From Longimicrobiales bacterium (lineage in GTDB: Bacteria; Gemmatimonadota; Gemmatimonadetes; Longimicrobiales; Gaopeijiaceae): DNA of 64,000 nucleotides. Positions 23,775-32,960 of the stretch are shown piece by piece (the first letter of the stretch is position 1; every line of letters starts with the position of its first letter). The stretch lies in the NCBI GenBank assembly GCA_963422615.1, contig OY730414.1:2154302-2218301 (forward strand), written 5' to 3'. Made by a program: the position numbers and the translations under genes. The notes beneath the pieces are model-generated. The model had not been told where the DNA came from and did not search any database. It was given only the letters and a program-made list of their open reading frames with translations.

Positions 23775-25600
23775 CAGGAAACGCAGTTGTGGTTGTTCAC
23801 CGCCCCCAGGCTTTCGAGCAGGGCGAGGGCCTCCGGGAAGGGCTGGATGCGTTGGACCGGTCCGTTGGCCATGTCCGCAGTCGTCTGGCCGCCCCGACTC
23901 ACTGCCCCAACGTCGGCCCCTTGATCCACCAGGTACCGGATGAGCTCGTTGTCCCCGCGAGCCGCCGCGTGGTGAAGAGGGCTGTATCCGTCGTGGTCCC
24001 GCGCGTTCACATCGGCACCGGTCTCCTCAACCAGAAAGCGGACCGCCGGAAGCCACCCGTCGGGAACGTGGCGGTGGGCATTGCCCGCGAAGCCCTGGCC
24101 ATACCCGACCCCAGAGGCAGCGTGAATCGGATGGACCGCCGGGCCGCCGACGGGCACGGGAGGCAACCCGGAGGCGTCGGGTTCGTCCCCGCCCCGCTGG
24201 AACCGGCGCGAAGGAACCTTCTCGGTGGGAATGTGCGGGTCGGCGCCGTAGGCCAGAAGCAGCTTCATGGCGTCCACATCCAGGGCATAGGCGGCCCGCC
24301 AGAAGGGCGTCGCCCCCTTCGTGTCGATCTGAAGGAGGTCGAAGTTGAACGACATGAACCAGAGGTGCTTCGCCAGGCGTGCGTTCACGTCGGCCCCCGC
24401 ATCCAGCAATTTACGAAGCACGTCCATGTACGTGTGATCCTGCTGCATATAGGCGTGCTGCTGGGGATAGCGGGACTTCGGCGCCCAGTGGGTGTTGATG
24501 GCCGCGAAGAGCGGTGTGGCGCCCGCGTGGCTCCCCAGGTTGGGGTCCGCGCCGCGCTCCAGGAGGAGGATGGCCAGATCGAAGTGGCCGTTGACGGTCG
24601 CCATGAGCATGGGGCTGGTTCCGTCGCCCGCGCTCACTTGATCCGGGTCTGCGCCTCCATCGATCAGGGCGAGGGCCGTCTCGACGTGTCCTTCCCGAGT
24701 CGCATGGAGAAGGGCGGTAAGTCCCCCGTGGCCGCCTACCAGTTCCCCGTACGACAGGGGTTCCGGCTCTTCGATCATCCGGGTTTCGCTCTCCCGTCGA
24801 GAAGCCGCTTCCGCCAGAGCCCGCTGGGAATCCACGCGGGCCTGGGTGTTCTCCGCCTCTCGACCTGCCTCCCCCTGCCGGTTCCCTTTCCCTCGTCCCC
24901 GCTCCGTTGGCCGGGCATCCGCCCGGGCGCCGGGCCCGCGAACCTGGCCTCCTGCCTGGATACGCCTGTTTCGCTCCGCGCGCTCGATCCGATCGCGGAC
25001 GGCCCGAGCCGCCACGTCGATCACCTTCGTGCGGATCGAGGGGTCGGCCCCCGCCTCCAGAAGAGTGCGGACCACCCCGGTCCGCCCCCGGAAAGCGGCA
25101 AACATGAGGGGGGTCTGCCCCCACGAGGTTTCCGTCGCGTTTACTTCGGCACCCCCTGCGACCAAGGCGGTCACGGCCCGCTCACTCCCCGACGCGGCGG
25201 CGAGGTGGAGAGGCCGGGCGCCGCCGGTTCCCAGCGTCGATACGGAAGGATCGGCTCCGGCGCCCAGGAGAAGCGCCACCACGTCCCCAGCTCCGGTTTC
25301 GCTGGCCATATGGAGGGCGGTGTAGCGCCCGATCCGGGTCCCGGCGTGGATGTTCGCGCCTGCACCCAGGAGGGTTCGGACGAGAGCCAGATCCCCGTTC
25401 CGGCTCGCCCAGTGCAGGGCGGTCATCCCGTCCCCCTGGGCGGCATTGACATCCGCCCCTGCGGCGAGGAGCGACCGGACGGCCTCCCCGTCCCCCCGCA
25501 TGGCCGCGTCCGCGACCGGAGCGTCGAGGTGCGCCCCCGGAAGGAAGAACAGGAGCGCCAGGGCGCCCCAGGGCCACGCCGTTCGCAGATTCGCGCGCAT
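23771..25600 (-). CDS. Secreted ankyrin-repeat protein, copy 1
   Basis: Start MRANLRTAWPWG with a signal peptide, ankyrin repeats, C-terminal NNHNCVSC. Paralog of 17925..19844. Confidence 0.92.
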   Translation of the reverse strand: MRANLRTAWPWGALALLFFLPGAHLDAPVADAAMRGDGEAVRSLLAAGADVNAAQGDGMTALHWASRNGDLALVRTLLGAGANIHAGTRIGRYTALHMASETGAGDVVALLLGAGADPSVSTLGTGGARPLHLAAASGSERAVTALVAGGAEVNATETSWGQTPLMFAAFRGRTGVVRTLLEAGADPSIRTKVIDVAARAVRDRIERAERNRRIQAGGQVRGPGARADARPTERGRGKGNRQGEAGREAENTQARVDSQRALAEAASRRESETRMIEEPEPLSYGELVGGHGGLTALLHATREGHVETALALIDGGADPDQVSAGDGTSPMLMATVNGHFDLAILLLERGADPNLGSHAGATPLFAAINTHWAPKSRYPQQHAYMQQDHTYMDVLRKLLDAGADVNARLAKHLWFMSFNFDLLQIDTKGATPFWRAAYALDVDAMKLLLAYGADPHIPTEKVPSRRFQRGGDEPDASGLPPVPVGGPAVHPIHAASGVGYGQGFAGNAHRHVPDGWLPAVRFLVEETGADVNARDHDGYSPLHHAAARGDNELIRYLVDQGADVGAVSRGGQTTADMANGPVQRIQPFPEALALLESLGAVNNHNCVSC

Positions 25601-25607
25601 CGGCCCC

Positions 25608-26987
25608 TCAAACGGCAAGGGCAAAGTCGCCCGTGCTGTTTCCGAAGCGTTCGAGGTCGTCCATTCCGAGTCGGTGGGCCAACCCGAGCATGACGTTGGC
25701 CATGGGGGTCCCCGGCCTCGCCCGCACGTGGAGGTTCCCTTCCAAGCCGCCGTTCGCTCCCCCGGCCACAAAGAGGGGGCAGCGCTTGTGGTTGTGGACG
25801 TTCGGATCTCCCATGGGCGACCCGTAGAGGATCATCGTCCGGTCAAGAAGGTGGGCATCCCCTTCCATCGTATTGCGGAGCCGGTCCAGGAAGTAGGGAA
25901 GCATGCTCACGTGATACCGGTTGATCCGGGAGAAGTCGGTGATGTTCTGTTCGTTGCCTCCGTGGTGGGAAGCCGGGTGGAAGGGCTTGTCCACGCCACT
26001 CTCCGGGAAGACGCGAGCGGAAGAATCCCGACCCATCTTGAAGGAGAAGACCCGGGTCACGTCCGACGCAAAGGCGAGGGCCTGAAGATCGAACATGAGC
26101 TTCACGTGCTCCTCGAAGGAGTCGGGGACTCCGGCCGGGGACTCCGGAAGCTCCCGCCACTCCCCGCTTTCGTTCCGGGCCTCCACCGTCTGGATCCGGC
26201 GCTCGAGCTCCCGCACGTTGTCCAGGTAACGGTCCAGGCGAATCAAGTCCGCCGGTCCCAGCTCCCGCTTCAGCCGGGAGACCCGTCCGGCAATGAAGTC
26301 CAGGATGCTCCGGTTGACCCGACGGCGGGAGGCCCGTTCTTCCGGGCTCCCCCCCGCTCCGAAGAGCTGGTCGAAGGCCACCCGGGGATCCCTCACCATG
26401 GGCAGGGGATCGGTGGGGGAGGCCCAGCTGATGGTGTCCGTATAGACGCACGCGTACCCGTAGGCGCAGCCGCCGGACTGGTCCACGTTCTCGATGCAGA
26501 GCTGCATGGAGGGAATGGGCGTGTCCTGGCCGAAGCGCTGGGCGTACATCTGGTCCAGGGACGTACCGACAAAGATGTCGGAGCCCTCGGTCTGCTTGGG
26601 GTGGGCCTGGGTCAGGAAGGTGGCGCTGGATCGGAAGTGGTCGCCACCGATCTCCTTGGGCTTGGTGGCCTCCGCCGGCTCCACATCCGTGTCGCTGATG
26701 ATGGTGAGGTACTTCCGGTAGGGCTCCAGGGGACTCAGGGAGCTCGGCCCCAGATCGAAGTTCCGCCCCGTCCCGGCCGGGGACCAATAGTTCCGGGTGG
26801 CGCCCCATTCGTTGCTTCCCGCCGCCCCGTGGACCATCTCGATGGCGACCAAGCGGGTGGGTCCACCGACGGCGGCGCTGGCCTGTCCCGCCGGAATCAT
26901 GGCGTCGAGAAACGGCAGGGAAACCGAGGCCCCGAGGCCGCGCAAGAAGGTGCGGCGGGGTATGGACCTTCCCGTAATGTACTCCAT
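25608..26987 (-). CDS. DUF1552 (HXXSHH) family protein, copy 1
   Basis: MEYITGRSIPRRTFLRG preceded by an AAGGAGG RBS; FHPASHH. Paralog of 19858..21252. Confidence 0.9.
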   Translation of the reverse strand: MEYITGRSIPRRTFLRGLGASVSLPFLDAMIPAGQASAAVGGPTRLVAIEMVHGAAGSNEWGATRNYWSPAGTGRNFDLGPSSLSPLEPYRKYLTIISDTDVEPAEATKPKEIGGDHFRSSATFLTQAHPKQTEGSDIFVGTSLDQMYAQRFGQDTPIPSMQLCIENVDQSGGCAYGYACVYTDTISWASPTDPLPMVRDPRVAFDQLFGAGGSPEERASRRRVNRSILDFIAGRVSRLKRELGPADLIRLDRYLDNVRELERRIQTVEARNESGEWRELPESPAGVPDSFEEHVKLMFDLQALAFASDVTRVFSFKMGRDSSARVFPESGVDKPFHPASHHGGNEQNITDFSRINRYHVSMLPYFLDRLRNTMEGDAHLLDRTMILYGSPMGDPNVHNHKRCPLFVAGGANGGLEGNLHVRARPGTPMANVMLGLAHRLGMDDLERFGNSTGDFALAV

Positions 26988-27039
26988 GCTGTCCTCCTTG
27001 AGGTTCTGGCCCGATCCCCGGATCAGGCAGCCCGAAGCC

Positions 27040-29520
27040 CTACTCGTTCGCGGGTTCCTCCACCAGCGCTTCCGCCTTTGCCATTCTGAAGGGCTCACTC
27101 CGAACCACTCCCTTGATGAACGAAGCAAGCCGATAGTTCTCTTCCCGAGCGGCCCTTGAGATCTGCCGCACCGCAGGCATGTCGTAGTACTCGACCCTAC
27201 GCCCCAGGGCATAAGCCATCAGGTTTTCCGTAAAGCTCCTCGCGAGGGGTTCCGGGCGGCTCATGAGGGCGGCCCGGAGGTCGCCGGGGCCTCCGATGGG
27301 CGTTCCGTCGTAGAGCTCTCCAGAGGTCTCCACCGAAGTGCCCGCGTCCCGGATTCGCCAAACACCGGTCACATCGAAGTTCTCAAGGGCAAGCCCGATG
27401 GGATCGATCACCCGGTGGCACGAGCTGCACGCCGGGTTCCTCCGGTGTTCCTCCATGCGCTCTCGAACCGTGAGAAACCGGCCCTCGCTGGCGGCGGCGG
27501 TCGCGTCCAGCTCCGGCACATCCGGGGGCGGGGGCGGGGGCGGGGTTCCCAACAGGACTTCCATGACCCATTTGCCGCGAAGCACCGGGGAGGTCCGGTT
27601 GGCGTGGGAAGTGAGGGTGAGGATGCTCCCGTGGCCCAGGATGCCCCGCCTCGCGTCATTTGGGTAGGCAACCGGGCGGAAGGCGTCGCCCGCGACCCCC
27701 GGTATTCCGTAGTGACGAGCCAGCCGCTGGTTCATGTAAGAGTAGTCCGCCCCGAGAAAATCCAGCAGGGTTCCGTTTCCCCGTACGAGCGCATTGAAGA
27801 AGGTCTCGGTCTCCCGGCGCATGTCCGCTGCCAGCTGCTCGTAGAAGTCGGGAAAGCGAAGGGCGTCGGGGTGAACCTTCTCTAGATCCTGAAGACGCAG
27901 CCACTGGGCGGCGAAGCGGTTTCCCAGGGCGTCCGCCCGGGGATCGCTCAACATCCGGTCCACCTGGACCTCGAAGACGTCGGGATCGGAGAGGGTGCCT
28001 TGGACGGCGACCTCTACCAATTCCCGATCGGGGGGGCGGCCCCAGAGGAAGAACGACAGCCGGGACGCCAGGGCGATATCGGCCACCGGGTAGGTCTCTC
28101 CCGGACCCAGGTCAGGCGGCGGTTCCTCGAAGCGAAAAACGAAGTCGGGGCTCGCCAGAATGCCCTGGAGGGCCGTTCGGATTCCCGTGTCGAAGCCGCC
28201 CTCTCCGGCACCCGCCTCGAAGAGGCCCAAAAGGCCCCCGACCTCCGACTCCGATACGGGGCGACGGAACGCCCGGGTGGCGAGGGCGGCAATAATCTCC
28301 CGAGCGCACGGCTCCTCTTCGCTGGCGGTCGCGGGCCGACACGTCATGATTCGGTGCCAAGCCGGGGTGCGGGACACGCCGCCGACGTTGTAGGGTCCGC
28401 GGATGGTGAGATCCCGGAGGTGGGGCAGGGCGGTAATCCCGTACGAATACCCGATCTTCTTGTCGGCCAAGGACCACTCATGAGGGGACATGAGGTCCTC
28501 GACGGGGCCTTCCGATACCTTGATGAACGCCGCCGAGACCCGGTGGGGGCCCGCCGTCACCACAACCGGTTCGGTGGTCAGTTCGACGCCGCCGGGGTCC
28601 TGGCGGTGCATCCACCGGTCCAGGGAAATCAGGGCGACCCGCTCCCCGTCGACGGACACCTCTACCTGTTCGTCGAAGGGAGCCGTCTGGCCGAAGAAAT
28701 TCCCCGTCGATTCATGCTGGAAGGCCAAGCGGAAAAGGTACTCCCCGTCGGCAACGAAGTTGTGGACGATCGAGATTCCGCCTCGGGTGCCGATGGGGGC
28801 GCCAACGACGTGTTCGCGCTGTTCCGCGTACCGGGAGACTTCGTAGGTGGCCTCCGACGCAATGGCGTTGCCATCTCCCAGGGCCAAGCGGCTGACTTCC
28901 TCGGCAGCGGACAGATAGGCATCCAGCAGCGTTGCGGAAAGGGTCTGGGCATCGGCGATGTTGTCGAAACCCGCGCTCACGGTCTCTCCCGGAAAGTAAG
29001 CCGAGGCGTCGATCTCCAGCCCGAGCAAGTCGTAAACGGCCCGGGCATATTCAGCTCGGTTGAGGCGCTGGAAGGAGCGGCGCCCTGGATTGGGGTTCCG
29101 GGCCGCAGCGGCGTCGATCTTTTCCTCCAGCGAAACGGCGAGGGCTTCGAGAACCTCCGGCCCCGGGCGTCTCGCCCCCGGCGGCGGCATCATGCCAGCA
29201 CGAAGCTTGCGGATCATTTTCTCCGCTACGGGAGCATCCGCGACCGGATCCGCCGCATCGAACCTCTCCAGAGAAAGGTTGCCACGCAGACGCCGTTCGT
29301 TGTGGCAGCGGACACAGTACTCCTGCACGACCTCATTGTTGTCGGTGGCAGGGGTAAAGAAGCGAAGATCGGTTCCCGCGAAAACCGGGGGGCGGACGGA
29401 GCGGTCTCCAGACGGCGACGACACTCCCGGAGCGGGCGTTTCAGGTCCGAACCCGACCACCGCAACCAAGCCCAGGTTGAGGGCCAGGGCCGCCGTCAGA
29501 ACCGTGGAGAATCTGGTCAT
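27040..29520 (-). CDS. DUF1592-family protein with two c-type heme motifs, copy 1
   Basis: Signal peptide, CVRCH, RLNRAEY, TSPVLRGKWV and CSSCH. Confidence 0.9.
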   Translation of the reverse strand: MTRFSTVLTAALALNLGLVAVVGFGPETPAPGVSSPSGDRSVRPPVFAGTDLRFFTPATDNNEVVQEYCVRCHNERRLRGNLSLERFDAADPVADAPVAEKMIRKLRAGMMPPPGARRPGPEVLEALAVSLEEKIDAAAARNPNPGRRSFQRLNRAEYARAVYDLLGLEIDASAYFPGETVSAGFDNIADAQTLSATLLDAYLSAAEEVSRLALGDGNAIASEATYEVSRYAEQREHVVGAPIGTRGGISIVHNFVADGEYLFRLAFQHESTGNFFGQTAPFDEQVEVSVDGERVALISLDRWMHRQDPGGVELTTEPVVVTAGPHRVSAAFIKVSEGPVEDLMSPHEWSLADKKIGYSYGITALPHLRDLTIRGPYNVGGVSRTPAWHRIMTCRPATASEEEPCAREIIAALATRAFRRPVSESEVGGLLGLFEAGAGEGGFDTGIRTALQGILASPDFVFRFEEPPPDLGPGETYPVADIALASRLSFFLWGRPPDRELVEVAVQGTLSDPDVFEVQVDRMLSDPRADALGNRFAAQWLRLQDLEKVHPDALRFPDFYEQLAADMRRETETFFNALVRGNGTLLDFLGADYSYMNQRLARHYGIPGVAGDAFRPVAYPNDARRGILGHGSILTLTSHANRTSPVLRGKWVMEVLLGTPPPPPPPDVPELDATAAASEGRFLTVRERMEEHRRNPACSSCHRVIDPIGLALENFDVTGVWRIRDAGTSVETSGELYDGTPIGGPGDLRAALMSRPEPLARSFTENLMAYALGRRVEYYDMPAVRQISRAAREENYRLASFIKGVVRSEPFRMAKAEALVEEPANE

Positions 29521-29639
29521 GCCTTCCGCCCTCGAAGGTTCGCGGCGAATCCAACGGATTACGCCATTGCTACCAACATAGGGCGGGAGAGCCGGTCTTC
29601 GCCAGTAGACGAAGCCGTCCCAAATGATGGGGCCGCCCC

Positions 29640-31553
29640 TCAGTCCCGGTTGGCGGCCTCCAGCACCACAGCGAACTTCAGACGCTTCCCGTCCCTGAGC
29701 ACCACGACCTCCACCTCGTCTCCCGGCTCAAACCCCTGCAGCGCGTACATGTAGCCGTACACATCGTCCACTTCGTGGGAACCGAAGCGGATGATCACGT
29801 CCCCACCCCTAAGCCCCGCCCGGTCCGCCGGACTCCCGTCCCGGACGCCGGTAATCCCCATTCCCCCCGACTCCCGGGAGTAGTCGGGGATGGTACCCAC
29901 CCGAACCCCGAACCCACCCCGGGCAGCGGTCCCGTCCCTGGGCCCCGGCATCCTTGAGGGATTCCTTGCGCCCTCCACCGGAGTGAGGGCAACCACGTCG
30001 GGGCCGGACAGGATTTCCCGGACCAACGCCGCCACCAGGTCCGTCACCCGCTCCATGCCATCGGCGTTGATCCGATGCCAGTCGTCTTCCGGTCGGTGGT
30101 ACTCCGGGTGGGTGTTGGAGAAAAAGTGAAGCACAGGAATGCCCCGGGCATAGAAGGAGCTGTGGTCCGACGCACCGAAGCCGTCGCTCACGAAACGAAG
30201 GTCCAGAGGAGACGCCGTCCGTTCGTTGGCTCCCTCCAGAAGCCCCGTCCACTCCTCTGCCGTACCGACCCCCAGGACCGTCAGCAGATCATCCCGAACC
30301 CGGCCCACCATATCCAGGTTGAGCATGGCCACGGTCCCTTCCAAGGGACGGAGGGGGGACGCCACGTATTTGGCCGAACCCCACAGACCCCGCTCCTCTC
30401 CCGTGAAGGCGATGAAGAGGACATCCCGGGCCAGGGGCGGCTCCCCGGCCAGCTCCCGGGCCACCTCCAGAAGAACCGCGACGCCCGACGCGTTGTCATC
30501 GGCCCCGTTGTGAACCACACCCACTGCATCGGGGGAAAGGGAGCCTTCGCCGCCCAATCCCAGGTGGTCGTAGTGGGCTCCGACGACCAGGGGCGGACTC
30601 CCTAGGGGCCCGGAGCCCGGCAGGACCGCGGCGACGTTGCGAGCTTCCCGACGCACCGGGACCACCCCCACGGACAAAAAGGCCACACCCGACGACGGCC
30701 GGCTCACCCAGCGCCGCACGTCTTCGGCCGCCCGGCCCCTTACGGCGACGACCGGGACCCTCAAGGGGGCCCGCCGCTCGTCCTTCAGAGACGGCCAGGG
30801 GTCACCGTCGCCCAGCAGCACAAGGACGGCCGTGGCCCCCAGGTCCGCCGCGCGACTCCCGATCCGGTGGGCGTCCACCGGCGGGGCGTGGGGGTGGGGT
30901 GCCGCACCCTCGATGACGAGGGCCTTCCCGGCGACGCTCTCGGAATCAGGCAACGCCAGCGAAGGGCTCTCCGCCGACCCGACGATCAGGGCAGCGCGAA
31001 CCGTGGCCGAGGCGGAGAAGCCGTACGGGATCCATTCTTCCCCCAGGGCGTAACCGCCGGAAGCCGGCTCCTCCTCGTCGGGTACGACTTCGACGGCGTC
31101 ACGAGGACGAGCGCGAGGGTCCTCCAGGGCAAAGCGGGCCCCGGGGCCGACCCCGCTGCCGGTTCGCACGTTCCATGTCTGGAAGAAGCTCCCTTGATCG
31201 CCTACGGGGTCCAGGCCCAGGGCCCGGAAGCGGGCCGCGATGTAGTCCCCCGCGCACCGTTCCCCCCGGGTGGCAACGGCCCGGCCTTCAAGGCGGTCGT
31301 CGGCCAGGTAGCGCACATGGGCCAGAGGACCTTCCAACTCCGCCTCCGGGGCCGGGACATCAGGGCAGCGCCATGAGGTTTCCTGAGCGGGGGCAGGCCG
31401 AGGGACTAGGAGGGACCCCAGGATCCCGAGCACTGTGAGCACCCCGAGTAACCGGAATGAGGGGATTGAGCAACCGAACCGACGGGTCAAGTCCCGCCAC
31501 CCCCCGGAGAAACCCCCGTTTCGACCTGCCCGCGAAGCGTCTCCATGAGACAT
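29640..31553 (-). CDS. M28 family aminopeptidase with PA-like and PDZ domains
   Basis: LADDRLEGR, VGAHYDHLG, GADDNASG, FTGEERG, NLDMVG, SDH and YH; C-terminal PDZ (GSPADRAGLRGGD). Start uncertain. Confidence 0.9.
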   Translation of the reverse strand: MSHGDASRAGRNGGFSGGWRDLTRRFGCSIPSFRLLGVLTVLGILGSLLVPRPAPAQETSWRCPDVPAPEAELEGPLAHVRYLADDRLEGRAVATRGERCAGDYIAARFRALGLDPVGDQGSFFQTWNVRTGSGVGPGARFALEDPRARPRDAVEVVPDEEEPASGGYALGEEWIPYGFSASATVRAALIVGSAESPSLALPDSESVAGKALVIEGAAPHPHAPPVDAHRIGSRAADLGATAVLVLLGDGDPWPSLKDERRAPLRVPVVAVRGRAAEDVRRWVSRPSSGVAFLSVGVVPVRREARNVAAVLPGSGPLGSPPLVVGAHYDHLGLGGEGSLSPDAVGVVHNGADDNASGVAVLLEVARELAGEPPLARDVLFIAFTGEERGLWGSAKYVASPLRPLEGTVAMLNLDMVGRVRDDLLTVLGVGTAEEWTGLLEGANERTASPLDLRFVSDGFGASDHSSFYARGIPVLHFFSNTHPEYHRPEDDWHRINADGMERVTDLVAALVREILSGPDVVALTPVEGARNPSRMPGPRDGTAARGGFGVRVGTIPDYSRESGGMGITGVRDGSPADRAGLRGGDVIIRFGSHEVDDVYGYMYALQGFEPGDEVEVVVLRDGKRLKFAVVLEAANRD

Positions 31554-31583
31554 CGGGAAGACAGGGAAGTTGTCACCGCGGGT

Positions 31584-31766
31584 TCAGAGGATGATGGCAA
31601 GGGGAAGCAAGACCACGTAGCCCACCACCAAGAGGACCGGGGCCAAGGAGATCGAACCCTGGCCGAGGAGGGAGTAGCCCAGCGCGATGGCGGCCAAGCC
31701 CGCCAGGGCAAACCCCAGGTTCATCTTCGAAAACTTCAGGGACGGGGCCGACCCACGATTTCTCAT
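31584..31766 (-). CDS. Small two-helix membrane protein (DUF3098-like)
   Basis: 60 aa with two hydrophobic segments; LAPVLLVVGY. Confidence 0.65.
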   Translation of the reverse strand: MRNRGSAPSLKFSKMNLGFALAGLAAIALGYSLLGQGSISLAPVLLVVGYVVLLPLAIIL

Positions 31767-31925
31767 GTCACCTTGATCCTTGCCCATGACCGGAGGCTAC
31801 CGGAACCGGCCGTCCCGGTCAACCGGGGAGTCGTCGCACCCAAAGCTCCGCCGCTGGGCACCCCTCCCTTGGGAACCAGCCCGATTACCGTTCCATGCAA
31901 ACCATCTCAAGGAGCCGTTGTGCCT

Positions 31926-32960
31926 TCACGCGGTAGAGAGCGCCCAAGCCCGGACCTCCGCCAACGGCCGAGGCAAGGGGGCCTCAAACGCCATGGACTC
32001 CCCCGTCGCCGGATGGTCGAATTCGAGGCGGTGCGCGTGGAGGAACTGCCGGGGTGTCCGACGCGCCAAGTCTGAGGCCCAGCGGTTTCCCGCCCCCGCA
32101 AAGGCCCGCTCCCGGCCCTTGCCGTAGACTTCGTCCCCGACCACCGCATGACCGATGGCCGCGCCGTGTACCCGAATCTGGTGGGTTCGCCCGGTCCCCA
32201 GCTGGGCCTCGCAGAAACAGGCGGCATGCCAGCGCTCCAGGCGACGGAAGCGGGTGCGAGACGGCCGCCCCCGGGGCCGAACCGCCATCCGGATCCGGTC
32301 CCTGGGATCGCGGGCGATCGAAAGGTCCACCACCGTTGGAGATTCATTGAGAATCCCCCAGAGGGCCGCCAGGTACCGGCGCTTGACCCGGCGAGCCCTC
32401 AGGGCTCGAGAGAGACCCTCGTGGGCCCGGTCGGTCTTGGCGACGACCATGAGCCCCGAGGTGTCCCGGTCAAGGCGGTGGACAATTCCGGGCCGAAGCG
32501 TTCCACCGATCCCCGACAGATCACCGATGTGGTGCAAGAGGGCGTTGACGAGGGTTCCGTCGGGATGACCGGGCGCCGGGTGCACAACAAGCCCGGCGGG
32601 TTTGTCGACCACGACCAGGTCCCGGTCCTGATACACGAGATCCAGGGGGATGTCCTGGGCCTTTGCTTCGAGGGGCGTGGGTGCGGGAACCCGGGCCTCG
32701 AAATCCTGGCCAGGCGCAGCGGTTTCGGACTTCTTCGGAATCCGCCCGTTTAGAAGGATGTGCCCATCTGCGAGCAGGGCCTCGACCCGGTTGCGGGAAA
32801 TCCCCAGACGGGTGGCCACGTAACGGTCCAGGCGCCCACCCACCCCCTCCCCCGCGGTCCAGCGGTGGCAAGTACCGTCATCCGACGGCGTTCCGCTACA
32901 AGCGGCGTCGCCCGGATGCCGGAGGGGGTCGGAAGGCGGCCCAGCCGGGCCCGGGTTCAC
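31926..32960 (-). CDS. rluD: RluA/RluD-family pseudouridine synthase
   Basis: S4 domain RLDRYV, VDKPAGLVVHP, IVHRLDRDTSG and TGRTHQIRVH. Confidence 0.93.
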   Translation of the reverse strand: MNPGPAGPPSDPLRHPGDAACSGTPSDDGTCHRWTAGEGVGGRLDRYVATRLGISRNRVEALLADGHILLNGRIPKKSETAAPGQDFEARVPAPTPLEAKAQDIPLDLVYQDRDLVVVDKPAGLVVHPAPGHPDGTLVNALLHHIGDLSGIGGTLRPGIVHRLDRDTSGLMVVAKTDRAHEGLSRALRARRVKRRYLAALWGILNESPTVVDLSIARDPRDRIRMAVRPRGRPSRTRFRRLERWHAACFCEAQLGTGRTHQIRVHGAAIGHAVVGDEVYGKGRERAFAGAGNRWASDLARRTPRQFLHAHRLEFDHPATGESMAFEAPLPRPLAEVRAWALSTA

